Program-made: the position numbers and the translations under genes | Part shown: piece by piece, positions 50,301 through 58,523 of the stretch | Layout of the letters: every line of letters begins with the position of its first letter | Numbering within the stretch: position 1 is the stretch's first letter | Source of the DNA: a virus | Lineage: Duplodnaviria; Caudoviricetes | Virus record (IMG/VR): IMGVR_UViG_3300040811_001959 | Direction: 5' to 3' (one strand) | Length of the DNA: 64,000 nt | The notes under the pieces: model-generated | The model's database searches: none | What the model saw: the letters and a program-made list of their open reading frames with translations, nothing else | Told to the model about the DNA's origin: nothing

Positions 50301-51845
50301 ACTAGAATATAAAGGTTCATTAGATACAGGAGCTTGTACTAATGTAGGAATACTATTCGGATTGCCTGCTGTGATTGCATCTTCTACAATTTGCAATAAA
50401 GCCGCAGCCAGACTAACTTCTGTAGCAGTAGAAGCAGGATTAGATATATCTTGACTACTTGCAGTTGAAATAGGACTCCAATTAATATCTGCTTGGATAA
50501 TATTTCCTAAAACAACTGAAAGATAATCATATGCATCTGCTGTAGCAGTTGCTTCATTTTGGCCTAATTGGCTCACTCCGTTGACATAATAAGATTGAGC
50601 TGCAGTTACTGATGCACTGTTACCTCCGGATATAATACTGCTATTATTTCCATACATGATGTCGTAGCACAAAGCATCAATTAAATATCCAACATCTCTA
50701 TAACATTTTGAACTATCGTAATTAAGTGTAGGATATTCTTGATTAATATAAGCGATTATTTCTTCTTGAGCAAAAGTCCTATTTGCAACAAGCTGAAGCA
50801 TGGCATTATATTGATTTGTAGTTGTTCCTGATGCAGCAGGAAAATTTAATGTTGCTACAATATCGTTTTCAATAATATTTGTTATGATATCAAAATTTGC
50901 ATCACTAGCTGCCTGTGCAGTTGGATTAGCTGTTAGATAACCGTTTACTTCACCTTTTGCAAAATTAATAGAACCAAGTGTTTGTATACTTTGATATGTT
51001 TGATTTGAGCTGGCATTTGCCCTTTTATAAGATAAACCTGCAGTTACAGAATTATAATTTGTTCCTAAAACAAAATCATATGTAACTGCATCAATAATTA
51101 GACCTGTGTCTCTTTCACACTTAACTGTATCAAAATAATTGTTGAAATAAACAAAATTATATTCAATAAATTCTATTGTTTCTTTTTGAATGTATCTTCT
51201 ATTGTCTTCTAATAATCTTTTTGCATTGTAAGCTTCGGTTCCGGGATCAACATTTGGAATTTGTCCTAAACTTGCTGCAATCTGACAAGCTCTTTTAATT
51301 GTTTTTACAGGTGCATTTACACCGTCATTTAGGTCATCGCCGTATCTGTCAGACGCAAAAACCCTGTTGCCGCCAAAAAAGTCAGTCTTACTCCATGTTG
51401 TATTTCCTTTGCCATCGTTTCCAAGTAAACTAAAATCAATAGGTTGTTCAGCAGGTAATTTTAGTATATAATTTTGTTCTATGGTATCAGGAGCTTGAAT
51501 AGCAATATATTTGTTATTTGCATTATCAAAAAGAGTGAATGTTTCTGCACCGTTTAGAGTTAACGGTCCTGAAAAAGTTATACCTCCTGCAGTAATTGAA
51601 ATTTTTTCAGTACCGTTAACATTTAATTGAATTGAACTTAGATCAGGATCACTGTTAGTATTTGTAATAACACTGGTGGTGTCATCAAAAATTTGTTTGG
51701 TAGTATCAACAATGTCATTGTTTAAATTTTTTAAAAAAATCTTACCATCTGCATAATTAATTGCAATTTCGCCATATTCAAGGTCGTTAATAGTAGGAAT
51801 TTTATTATTTACACCACTTCTTTTTAGTTTTAAAACTGTTGCCAT
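44388..51845 (-). CDS. Long tail fibre / spike (2485 aa) with T4 gp37-like N-terminus and C-terminal intramolecular chaperone (peptidase S74)
   Basis: N-term 'LKRS....P....L.YGE.AIN..D.KIF.K'; two 'VWHAGNDG..SGLDADT.DG' repeats; C-term 'YSDARLKENV...G.IAQDV....PE.V....VDY' plus coiled coil (about 44388-44711). Confidence 0.85.
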   Translation of the reverse strand: MATVLKLKRSGVNNKIPTINDLEYGEIAINYADGKIFLKNLNNDIVDTTKQIFDDTTSVITNTNSDPDLSSIQLNVNGTEKISITAGGITFSGPLTLNGAETFTLFDNANNKYIAIQAPDTIEQNYILKLPAEQPIDFSLLGNDGKGNTTWSKTDFFGGNRVFASDRYGDDLNDGVNAPVKTIKRACQIAASLGQIPNVDPGTEAYNAKRLLEDNRRYIQKETIEFIEYNFVYFNNYFDTVKCERDTGLIIDAVTYDFVLGTNYNSVTAGLSYKRANASSNQTYQSIQTLGSINFAKGEVNGYLTANPTAQAASDANFDIITNIIENDIVATLNFPAASGTTTNQYNAMLQLVANRTFAQEEIIAYINQEYPTLNYDSSKCYRDVGYLIDALCYDIMYGNNSSIISGGNSASVTAAQSYYVNGVSQLGQNEATATADAYDYLSVVLGNIIQADINWSPISTASSQDISNPASTATEVSLAAALLQIVEDAITAGNPNSIPTLVQAPVSNEPLYSSFTNVQNLRGTTISATINFITTTYNNLTYNSATCERDVGLIVDAVVFDLILGGNEKSVEAGESYLTVTEVINNQKTATVESIKFIRDLSISIINSADHPAKYQNIVQQVKYPALTASTTETDILALYNIIVDILDTETAYSGTVTAASFRTIPVTVNVASGDFYVDNPIIIPDLVSVVGDSLRAVVIRPLNANKDMFRVRNGAYLTGITFRDGLDNDLRPDYTFDFAVAFDDPTDSSVDRTGYFGLSKDKPTITLSPYIQNSSIISFLGGNGVKVDGSKVLTPNIPQFPDEAEFPVNLTDGVPEQGKSMVANAFTMVSFGGTGWLVTNDGYAQIVSCFQIFCLNGSYCQSGGYLSITNSATNFGYFALRATGYSQNSFTFDRGLIANIGTSNGVFTITSIGTGRRVIEQFVIRIKDATTNLDITSSFKAVQPIKTFDAAVDIDATLNQITIVGHGILDSTPAQYSNDGNIDIPGLVDQAIYYIKTIDEDTIELYNDEGLLAQIDITAVGVGNHKLLLFPEEFFVDRMIDYHNNYQTLNLDPGTYSFSPGDSIVGETDGFENNAYVYSYNSATNVLVVSVEYSVINELQQRVFWSATSSITSINGSSSNIGVAGTASRTDLWTSQFQIQSTVEGNTFLQYAQALLQKINFHRPSIVNSSAHTWEYAGSGIDYNALPQNGGLGRGASFEQISELPGRVYSSGTNELGDFKVGDFIVAENKSGNIIFRTEVQITTLAVLKLSLSDVEVDAISTDVDLGDNEPGGALNSRLSTQLAVRSFFANRLGDVLDKQASSNAVPGALVLLNSQGQINADLLPPSRGVTTYNVDSYEGRFTLWNTVPVTEILSGDNASETYDQIELTLTSATYIVKGVFLIQDSSGASGTVKEAVINGTTLILVNPTGTFNTSNQLIDNGTFLGAASVPTVVGPVTTIVENYFLNNDNTNQFLVLDPSQSYNFSTTVSVIGAVSGAEGNLVNGPTGTGSVSPLRLGILYTLNITNGGSGYSNGGNTIVYNAVLYGNGASNTLGNVTVSNGVITNIDIVDASEYWTVGDTITVSNADFSGTGSGFAGVVTSIQNRLFLELTGSYIKFSPSAAIPDYITDANAPIFGVNQTGSIVKSFNAADIAQSGDVDYANNYINITAHGFADGDPVRYSNGGNLTITGLTNNTTYFVKVITTDSIELYTNYAFTSGTAVSLSGSSTGSHNLTRYEINVDENRIIYPSHGLTVGTPVRLSSSSLMPGGLNDFSSYWIGSVTTNSFSLHNNVADATSSVNGATTSAVDITDVGAGTLSVREQNVKVIGAYNYSSSVATNWSGIAQSTIDASNIVSGVITTSRLAAAGSASNKTFLRGDSSWQYALQNIRPNTNSPITFTGDYFTTSNINYYYNSLVIDITRASDQASNPNDNTYSSEGLSSFLKSQFTVTNGKVSVKSGVIDAGLLGGFSAAYFLDPTNQSAAIGIAQGGTGLTTYSQGDLIYSGSNNSLTQLNIGLSDTVLVSNGTIPSWSNTISLGGTGAGMTILGNTVWHAGNDGTGSGLDADTVDGLDSGSFIRSDADDTSTGLLTLRRNGDEQIKIQTQSTTGNPYISFWQDTTRRAYIQYVNNSSLRLYNDRTDEYLDINDGINGLQYTAESNAYTVWHAGNDGPSSGLDADTLDGKHFPALGTSVSGADNYDVSVGTLWFYKTGQDSGKPASASAHAYALYQEGGAWSTPYPDLRINYHTGIKIGANSSYNGVRFTSDYDSDTVVFQVNGSSGYNYSGNWMNFGTQGIYSNANDAHWYPNTLTSYTPWRMNGSRGGYGGFLDSYSYMHYMGDSGGNGGIYFNNNSTSRWYLYHNRNNNCTGINTSTTSSSYGLYVDKAVYSTGDIVAYSDARLKENVVAVDDALNIVLKLQGVYYNRKDDEAKTRKVGVIAQDVEKILPEVVTYAADIDQYGVDYGKMAGVFIEAIKTQQKKIDKLENEIIELKDLVNKLLDRIK

Positions 51846-51863
51846 TAGGCAATCTCCTTTTGT

Positions 51864-52286
51864 TTAATATTCGCCACAATCTATTTCTGCAAGTCCTGCA
51901 ACGCCATTAATTTGAAAACCTCCATTTATGTTTAGAGCTCCATTTGCGGTTGCAAAGTTAATTGTAAAGTTGTCTGGTACAAGGAAATTTCTATTTACTT
52001 CTATCTTGCCGTCGGCTGCTGCTGTTTCTAATCTTAAATTGCTTTGTACAGTAGAAATTTTATTATCATCTATTACTACATCATGAATGATTGCACCGTC
52101 TGCGGATATTTCACCAACTGTTAAATCGCCTGTTATATCAAAATCAGAAGTTGGAGTAGTATTATTGACTCCTATACGTCGATTGTTTGTATCTAAATAT
52201 AATAAATTTGTATCAAAAACTAGATCTAATCCATTCCTAACTAGATTAGATTGTAAAAGCTGTCCACTAATCCTTCCTACTGCCAC
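51864..52286 (-). CDS. Small virion structural protein
   Basis: 140 aa, GTG start, SD AAGGAG; N-term 'GRISG..L..NL' shared with 56375-58513. Confidence 0.6.
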   Translation of the reverse strand: MAVGRISGQLLQSNLVRNGLDLVFDTNLLYLDTNNRRIGVNNTTPTSDFDITGDLTVGEISADGAIIHDVVIDDNKISTVQSNLRLETAAADGKIEVNRNFLVPDNFTINFATANGALNINGGFQINGVAGLAEIDCGEY

Positions 52287-52312
52287 TTGTGTTCTCCTTA
52301 AGAATTACTACA

Positions 52313-52320
52313 GTATTTAG
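52313..52320 (-). promoter_or_regulatory. Late promoter-like motif CTAAATAC
   Basis: About 15 nt upstream of the SD of the 52286 gene. Confidence 0.5.
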
Positions 52321-52334
52321 TAGGCAAAACCTTG

Positions 52335-52391
52335 TTAATGCAACCCTTTATTGTCTGCTAAACTTTTAGCTGTAATTTTAGCAATTGTCAT
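52335..52391 (-). pseudogene. 18-codon relic ORF MTIAKITAKSLADNKGLH, probable truncated fibre-gene N-terminus
   Basis: SD AGGA then ATG at 52391; resembles 'M.I.KIT..S.ADN' fibre anchor starts; stops after 18 codons. Confidence 0.4.
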
Positions 52392-52403
52392 TTTTTATTT
52401 TTC

Positions 52404-54224
52404 CTATCTTGCATTACTATATTTAAAAGGTTGCTCACTGAAGGCCATAAAGATGTACACCTGAGCGTCATTTGTTTCTGTGTTGCCTCCTGAACCTCTG
52501 AGTTTGAATCCATTTGAAACAAAATCAAAATCTAAAAAATCATTTGCCCCAATAAGAGTTGTTCCATTCCCTCTATATCCTTCTTGAGTACTTTGATTTG
52601 CCCATAATGTTTCTGGCCCTCCTGTTGGATTGTAAGAACTTCTTGAAGAATCAATCATTCCCCAACTGGAATACTCATGACTTGCATTAATATTTTTATA
52701 CATCACAAAAGCAGGACGGAATCCACAGTACACAAACGGCCCATCGGTTGACCCGTTGCCTGTGTAACTGCCGATCTTACTGTAGCCTTCTACCGAATGC
52801 CAGCAGTAGGCTATATGGTCATCATTATTAGTGTTTACACCAGTACTAAAGTTTGTAATAAAGTAAGAACTATTAACATTTCTGGTTCCAGACGATGAAG
52901 TGTCAACCGCTGCATTGGTCAGATTTAAAAATAAGGTATGTGACCAAGAATTTAATTCCCTGCTAAAAACATTCCAATCACTTGTAGAATTTGTTCTTTT
53001 AGTAATAATTAAATCAGGAGCAGTGCTTAACCCATGAGGTAGACTAGCAGTCCCATTACTGGATAAGTTTCCAACATACTTAATAATACTAAACCCTGCA
53101 GCTTGATTGATACTCATTAAAGTAGGTGTAATTACATTGCTAGCACCAGCATTTGTAGCTGCAGTGGCTAATGCACTACAACTGGTATCGTCTTGTGTGC
53201 CACTTGTATTTATTCGTTTAGCAGATCCAGTTGTTGATGTTGATCCACTAGGCGCACCTCCTGCTTTCCAACACCATGCGACATAATTTTTGTTAGAAGC
53301 GTTGACAGCAACTCCTGAGCTAGCTTTAAGAGTAATATCATTCGTTGAATTGTTGATGTCCAAATAATTATAGCTGAATTCTTCATCAGTTCCCTGAGTT
53401 GCTAAATAATTATCTACCCCACGAACAGTATCCATCACCCGATGTGGAGTGCTAGAATCTGTTCTTTGCTTAAACCATAATAAATCAGGGGAAAATCCGC
53501 AGTTTATTGTTTTATCTGTCCCACCATTCCCAGTATAAATCAACGCCTTAAAATAATCCTGCGGCACATCATCAGTAACGGTTGGGGTAAAGTCAGGCAG
53601 GTTGGCAGTACAAAGTGCTAGTGCGTCAGTTGGTGGTTGATAATAAAATGCGCCAATGCCGTTAGCGTCAGGAGCATCCGCTGATCCGCTAGTTTTATTT
53701 CCACCGAAAGAAGGGTCTTGTCCAAAGTTGCACTGATAGTTCATACTTCCTCCACTACTATCTGACGCACAACCAATATATAAAGGATAATCAGTGTTAG
53801 GTACGGCACTACTAGCAACTTGGCTCCCATTTTTGTAAAAATAAACCGTGTTCACAGATGTGTCATATAAAATACCCATGACATCATTTTCAGTAAAAGT
53901 TGTTAAACCAGTTTGAGTTGTAGTGCTAAATATCGCTCCATCACTACGATAATGAATCCTAGAGTCCCAACTTGTTGGATTTGCAAATACACCGATACTC
54001 CAGAAAGTACCTGATTTACTACCTATATAAATTTCACAGTAACTGTCTTCATTACCCAATGCATCAATCGTCATCGATGATAGAGCAATTCTTTGGTCAG
54101 TTGTTGGACTTGCCCACTTTAAATTGCCATCAGCAAATGTTCCGCTGGGATTGTTTAACGGATTCAACGTACAGAAATTATTCGTTGGACTGTCCGGTAC
54201 AATATCGTGTGTTGAAAAAGCCAT
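52404..54224 (-). CDS. Fibre-tip / lectin-like protein (SPRY/ConA-like plus 'YVAWCWKAG/YIAYCW' domain), C-terminal half of a split gene
   Basis: 606 aa; 'DSPTNNFCTLNPL', SPRY-like segment, 'YTGNG', 'GFSPDLLWFK.R', 'YIFMAFSEQPFKYSNAR'; SD TAAGGAG. Confidence 0.7.
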   Translation of the reverse strand: MAFSTHDIVPDSPTNNFCTLNPLNNPSGTFADGNLKWASPTTDQRIALSSMTIDALGNEDSYCEIYIGSKSGTFWSIGVFANPTSWDSRIHYRSDGAIFSTTTQTGLTTFTENDVMGILYDTSVNTVYFYKNGSQVASSAVPNTDYPLYIGCASDSSGGSMNYQCNFGQDPSFGGNKTSGSADAPDANGIGAFYYQPPTDALALCTANLPDFTPTVTDDVPQDYFKALIYTGNGGTDKTINCGFSPDLLWFKQRTDSSTPHRVMDTVRGVDNYLATQGTDEEFSYNYLDINNSTNDITLKASSGVAVNASNKNYVAWCWKAGGAPSGSTSTTGSAKRINTSGTQDDTSCSALATAATNAGASNVITPTLMSINQAAGFSIIKYVGNLSSNGTASLPHGLSTAPDLIITKRTNSTSDWNVFSRELNSWSHTLFLNLTNAAVDTSSSGTRNVNSSYFITNFSTGVNTNNDDHIAYCWHSVEGYSKIGSYTGNGSTDGPFVYCGFRPAFVMYKNINASHEYSSWGMIDSSRSSYNPTGGPETLWANQSTQEGYRGNGTTLIGANDFLDFDFVSNGFKLRGSGGNTETNDAQVYIFMAFSEQPFKYSNAR

Positions 54225-54233
54225 AGTTACTCC

Positions 54234-56378
54234 TTAGTTTGCTTGCCAGTGGTTGCCGTTACCACTAGAGTCTTTACCTAAATCATCATTTAATGGATAA
54301 TGTGCAATCAATCCATTGGTAATTTCCTCTTTATTGTAAAGAGATGTGATTTCACTAGCTGACAATGGAGAGCTAAACAATTTAATATTGGCAAGTTTTC
54401 CAGTGTAATAACTTGTATATACTGAATGTAAAAGTCTTTTACCAAAATGTAAGGTAGATGATCCAGCCCATGATATTGTATGACTATTAGTGTCTACTGC
54501 TCCATTATTCAGAACTAGTTTGTGGGCTGAAATAGTTACTTCAAAGTAAACATGATTCCAACCTATAACAAGTGAACCCGTGCTCGCCAATTCGCTATTA
54601 CCGGGTGGGCTTTCGTTGTAAAGCTGTATTTTTGCCTTGCCATTTGACAGAAATAAATCAAACCCCTTCCACCAAGTATTGTGATATACCGTTCTGTTAA
54701 TCACTCCAGTAGTATCTGTGCCATCATAATAAATCCAAGCAGATATATAATATGTAGTAGCAGTGCTTGGTATGGCGATGTATTGACTGCCATCAAATTT
54801 TGCTACATTGTCACCATAATCAGCATCGTACACCAAAGTGACACCGTAATTGGTTCCATTATTACCTCCAACCACATCTGATTCTATTGCGTTCTTAGAG
54901 TCAAATCGTAACCAAAATCCGTTTGTTCCATAAGTACCCGAATATGTTTTCGGCGTCCAGATACCATTTACAGGTTCTCCAAAATCGCTGGCAGACAATG
55001 CTTGTCCGTCTATGAATTGAATGTTGGCTAGGTAGCCGTAAAATACCTGCCCCGGTGCTTGCCCATTACCAATCCTGTGCTGATTTAATGTATTTACATA
55101 TGTTGAGTAATTAGGTGCTGGGGGAATATTACTTGATAAATCTGATACACGTTCCCCATTTACAAATAATTTATATCTATCATCGCCAGTTGAGTTTGTT
55201 GTGTCACAAACAAAAATCAAATGATACCAAGATGAATTGTCCCTATATTTTGCAGTGGAAATAATTTCTCCAGTTTTACTGGTATGGTATGAGTGGATAT
55301 TGATTTCATCTGACGTTTGAAATAACATTACTAGATAATCATTTCCATCTAACTTTGCTTCAAATATATTTTGATTACCACTTGAAGAATTAACTGATTT
55401 TTTGACCCAACAAGAATATGTAAATGTAGTGCTACTACTGCCTGTTGTTGTTGTAGGAGTCCTACTCAAATAACTAGTCCCATCAAACCGTAAGCTATTT
55501 TCAATTCCAGCTTTCTGCACAATGTTGACTGTTCTAGTTGTTTCAATCTGAGTTGCTCCAGGGTCTGAACCTGTGCTAAATGCTTTCACTGTTGGACTGT
55601 ATGTTGTATCACTGCTGACATTAGCCAAACTACCACTTATCAATCCAGTAGTTGAATTTAATGCGAGTCCACTTGGAAGATTTGTTGCTGCATAGGTGAC
55701 AACATCTCCGTCGGGGTCTATTGCTGTAGGCAACTGAATGTCTACAGCACTTCTAAAGATTGCATGAACTGTTTTGATTGTCTCATTTGGAGTGATAGAC
55801 CAAACCGGCTTGTTGTCAACATATAACACATTTTGTGCTATTACACCTAGTCCACTTGCCTTCACTACACGCACATCGTATGGTTCTTCTGCAGAATCCA
55901 AATCACTGGTGTTCACTGTGATCGAGAGTTCTGTTCCACTTACAAGAGTTGTACTAACCGGCACAATGTCTGTGTTTCCATTTGCCGGCACAAGTCTTAC
56001 ATATGTTCCAGAATCAAAGCCATTTCCTGTAATGGTGATTGATTGTGTGCTGGCAACTTCAGTTGTGCTGATGTGTGTTGGTGAAATACTAGCAATTGCT
56101 GGTGGGGCATCGTTAATCTTAATCCAACCGGCCACACTATCATAAAGTTCATAGTGTTCAAGTTGTATGTTGTACCTTATCATTCCAGTGACGGGACTGG
56201 ATGGTCGTTGTGCAGTTGTTCCTTTTGGTACAAGAATTGCATCAGTACGACCACCTATATCCAAGCTTACTGCAGGTGTATTACCATCAAATCCTATATT
56301 ACCCTCAGTATTAAAATTACCATTTGTTACATTAGTGGTACTATAATTTAAATCTACTAAATCTCTTACTCTACTCAT
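54234..56378 (-). CDS. Fibre-associated protein with Ig-like (putative Ig/He_PIG) and ConA/LamG domains, N-terminal half of a split gene
   Basis: 714 aa; 'PKGTTAQRP...GMIRYN', 'ITITGNGF', 'DPDGD.VTY....LPSGL.LN..TG.ISG', 'SLRFDG..YL.RT', 'GTYGTNGFWL.F', ends 'LGKDSSGNGNHWQAN'. Confidence 0.7.
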   Translation of the reverse strand: MSRVRDLVDLNYSTTNVTNGNFNTEGNIGFDGNTPAVSLDIGGRTDAILVPKGTTAQRPSSPVTGMIRYNIQLEHYELYDSVAGWIKINDAPPAIASISPTHISTTEVASTQSITITGNGFDSGTYVRLVPANGNTDIVPVSTTLVSGTELSITVNTSDLDSAEEPYDVRVVKASGLGVIAQNVLYVDNKPVWSITPNETIKTVHAIFRSAVDIQLPTAIDPDGDVVTYAATNLPSGLALNSTTGLISGSLANVSSDTTYSPTVKAFSTGSDPGATQIETTRTVNIVQKAGIENSLRFDGTSYLSRTPTTTTGSSSTTFTYSCWVKKSVNSSSGNQNIFEAKLDGNDYLVMLFQTSDEINIHSYHTSKTGEIISTAKYRDNSSWYHLIFVCDTTNSTGDDRYKLFVNGERVSDLSSNIPPAPNYSTYVNTLNQHRIGNGQAPGQVFYGYLANIQFIDGQALSASDFGEPVNGIWTPKTYSGTYGTNGFWLRFDSKNAIESDVVGGNNGTNYGVTLVYDADYGDNVAKFDGSQYIAIPSTATTYYISAWIYYDGTDTTGVINRTVYHNTWWKGFDLFLSNGKAKIQLYNESPPGNSELASTGSLVIGWNHVYFEVTISAHKLVLNNGAVDTNSHTISWAGSSTLHFGKRLLHSVYTSYYTGKLANIKLFSSPLSASEITSLYNKEEITNGLIAHYPLNDDLGKDSSGNGNHWQAN

Positions 56379-58513
56379 ACTGGCAAATACCTTATATCAA
56401 TACTTTGGTCTTGAAGTGGCGCAACTCCAAAACGTAAAGTAGTACTATTAATTATACTATAATCTTCTGGAGGTAAAATATAACCGTCTAGAATAACAAA
56501 AATATCATGTACAGTGTGACCTGATTCTATTGTAAAATCTACAGTTGCATTGTCACCTGTATACTGGTTACTACTGTATGTTAAGTTTAGTTTTTCATTT
56601 GTGACACTGGTGTCTTGTAATTTAGCTGTGCTTATGCTATTATCAGCAACTGTTACTACAGGTGATTGGAAACTATATGAGCTGTCACCATCTGATGTTA
56701 ATACTAAACCACTTGTAGTAGTTGGTGTATTAGTAGTAAAATCTACATCAATTGCCTTTGATAACTCAATCACAGCATTCCCAAAAATTTGTAAGTCAGT
56801 AGTACTAATGGCCTTACCAATCATACCTAATGTAGTAGGAGTTGTAGTTAGTGATCCTAGCGGGTTTACATAGTATACAGTATCTTTTACTAAACCTGTT
56901 TGACTTCTATTTATTGCACCTGATAAATCAATTAAACCTGTAGCAGTGTCTGCAATATCTTCTGCAGCAATACCTATCCACGATGATGCATTAGAATTGA
57001 TAGAAGCAAATGTAGAATAAGTTAGATAAGCAGGTCCTGTGCCGTAAACACCAACAACTCTATCAATACCAACTGTGGCTTTATATTGTTCTCCAGTATC
57101 ATATTTAAACATATTAGGTGTTTCAATACTATTTGCTAATGAAGGAGTTCCGTTATTAAATACGACATCTGCAGTGTATTCTTCACCGCCAGCATAAGGG
57201 AATTTCTTATAATAAAAATAAAATTGATCAATTAATTCTAAATATACCATTCCTAACCCAAGTACATCACTAGTACCTGTGAATTCTACAGTATTAAAAG
57301 TTAAGGTGTTAGTAACATTATCTATAGTTACTTCTCCTAACGAGGCTTTAAAATTAGTGGAAATATAAGGTAAATATATTTTACCTTCACTTGTTTTATA
57401 ATAAGGATTTCCAGGAGCATTATTATTAGGAATTGTAGTATACGCACCAAAAGTAATTGAATTATCACTATTAATTTGTGCAACTGCGGCTACTCTACCA
57501 TTAGCATCATGTCCTACAAAAAATCTTTGTGCTGTTTGATCATAAGCAACACCTGTCCATGTTGGACCTCCTGAAGCAGTTAATGATTGTCTTGTTCCTA
57601 AAACAATATTTTGACCATCTACATAACCTGCGTTACACCTCACATCTTGATAAGCACCGTAAATAACTAAAAACTTACCACTATCTGTATCATAGCCTAT
57701 GCTAACGTTGTTTATATTGGGGTTATCTGTATCAGCAGCAATATTTCCCATTGTAATAGTGTTTGTTGCAGGGTCAATTTCAAAAGCAGCTACCCGTAAA
57801 CCACCATCAGCATAGTTAGATCCACTACCTACCCAAGCACATATAATTTTATTTGCGTTTTTATCAATTGTTACCGATAACTCATTAGTAGTATAATTAT
57901 AAAATTGTAATTCAATTCCAAGTGTAAAACCTGTAGATGTTGCTTGAGCAACTACAGCATATAATGCGCCTCCGTTACTTCTAAACACAACATATCTATC
58001 CGTGACTTGGTCATAAATTACATTTGCTGCGAAGTATGGATCAGTTGCTAATGAATTAGAATCAGTAGCCAAAGCACTTAGGCCTGATGTACCCAAAAAG
58101 GTGGCTTTTACATAACTACCATTATCATATACTACAATATCTCCTGCAGCAAAATTGTCACTCGCTGTAATTAATTTTTGACCGCTTCCTATAGTATCAG
58201 TATCTAAACCTATACCATTTAATAACAATGCACCGTCTGTTGCTAAAGACATTGTTAAATTGTTATTATAAGCAAAATTTAGGGTATCTTGAGCATCCAT
58301 GAATATTGTCCACTCCATGGATAAATCTCCTAGTACTGTAAGGGTGTTCGCCCGTGCAGTGCCTGTTACATCTAATTCTACACCCGGACTGGTATTTTTT
58401 ATGCCAATTTTACCATCTGTTGTGATAGTAAGTGCATCATTATTAAATGTTAAGTTTCCTGTGAGATTTAAATTTTGCTCTAGCATTTCGCCAGATATGC
58501 GTCCTAATGCCAC
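56375..58513 (-). CDS. Virion structural protein with probable beta-propeller
   Basis: 712 aa; repeated '.YD...dkf.v.Y' blades, 'GIA.E.I....G', C-term 'YTGD....F.I......V.LDG..L.P.DY'. Confidence 0.6.
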   Translation of the reverse strand: MALGRISGEMLEQNLNLTGNLTFNNDALTITTDGKIGIKNTSPGVELDVTGTARANTLTVLGDLSMEWTIFMDAQDTLNFAYNNNLTMSLATDGALLLNGIGLDTDTIGSGQKLITASDNFAAGDIVVYDNGSYVKATFLGTSGLSALATDSNSLATDPYFAANVIYDQVTDRYVVFRSNGGALYAVVAQATSTGFTLGIELQFYNYTTNELSVTIDKNANKIICAWVGSGSNYADGGLRVAAFEIDPATNTITMGNIAADTDNPNINNVSIGYDTDSGKFLVIYGAYQDVRCNAGYVDGQNIVLGTRQSLTASGGPTWTGVAYDQTAQRFFVGHDANGRVAAVAQINSDNSITFGAYTTIPNNNAPGNPYYKTSEGKIYLPYISTNFKASLGEVTIDNVTNTLTFNTVEFTGTSDVLGLGMVYLELIDQFYFYYKKFPYAGGEEYTADVVFNNGTPSLANSIETPNMFKYDTGEQYKATVGIDRVVGVYGTGPAYLTYSTFASINSNASSWIGIAAEDIADTATGLIDLSGAINRSQTGLVKDTVYYVNPLGSLTTTPTTLGMIGKAISTTDLQIFGNAVIELSKAIDVDFTTNTPTTTSGLVLTSDGDSSYSFQSPVVTVADNSISTAKLQDTSVTNEKLNLTYSSNQYTGDNATVDFTIESGHTVHDIFVILDGYILPPEDYSIINSTTLRFGVAPLQDQSIDIRYLPV

Positions 58514-58523
58514 TCATTGTTCC

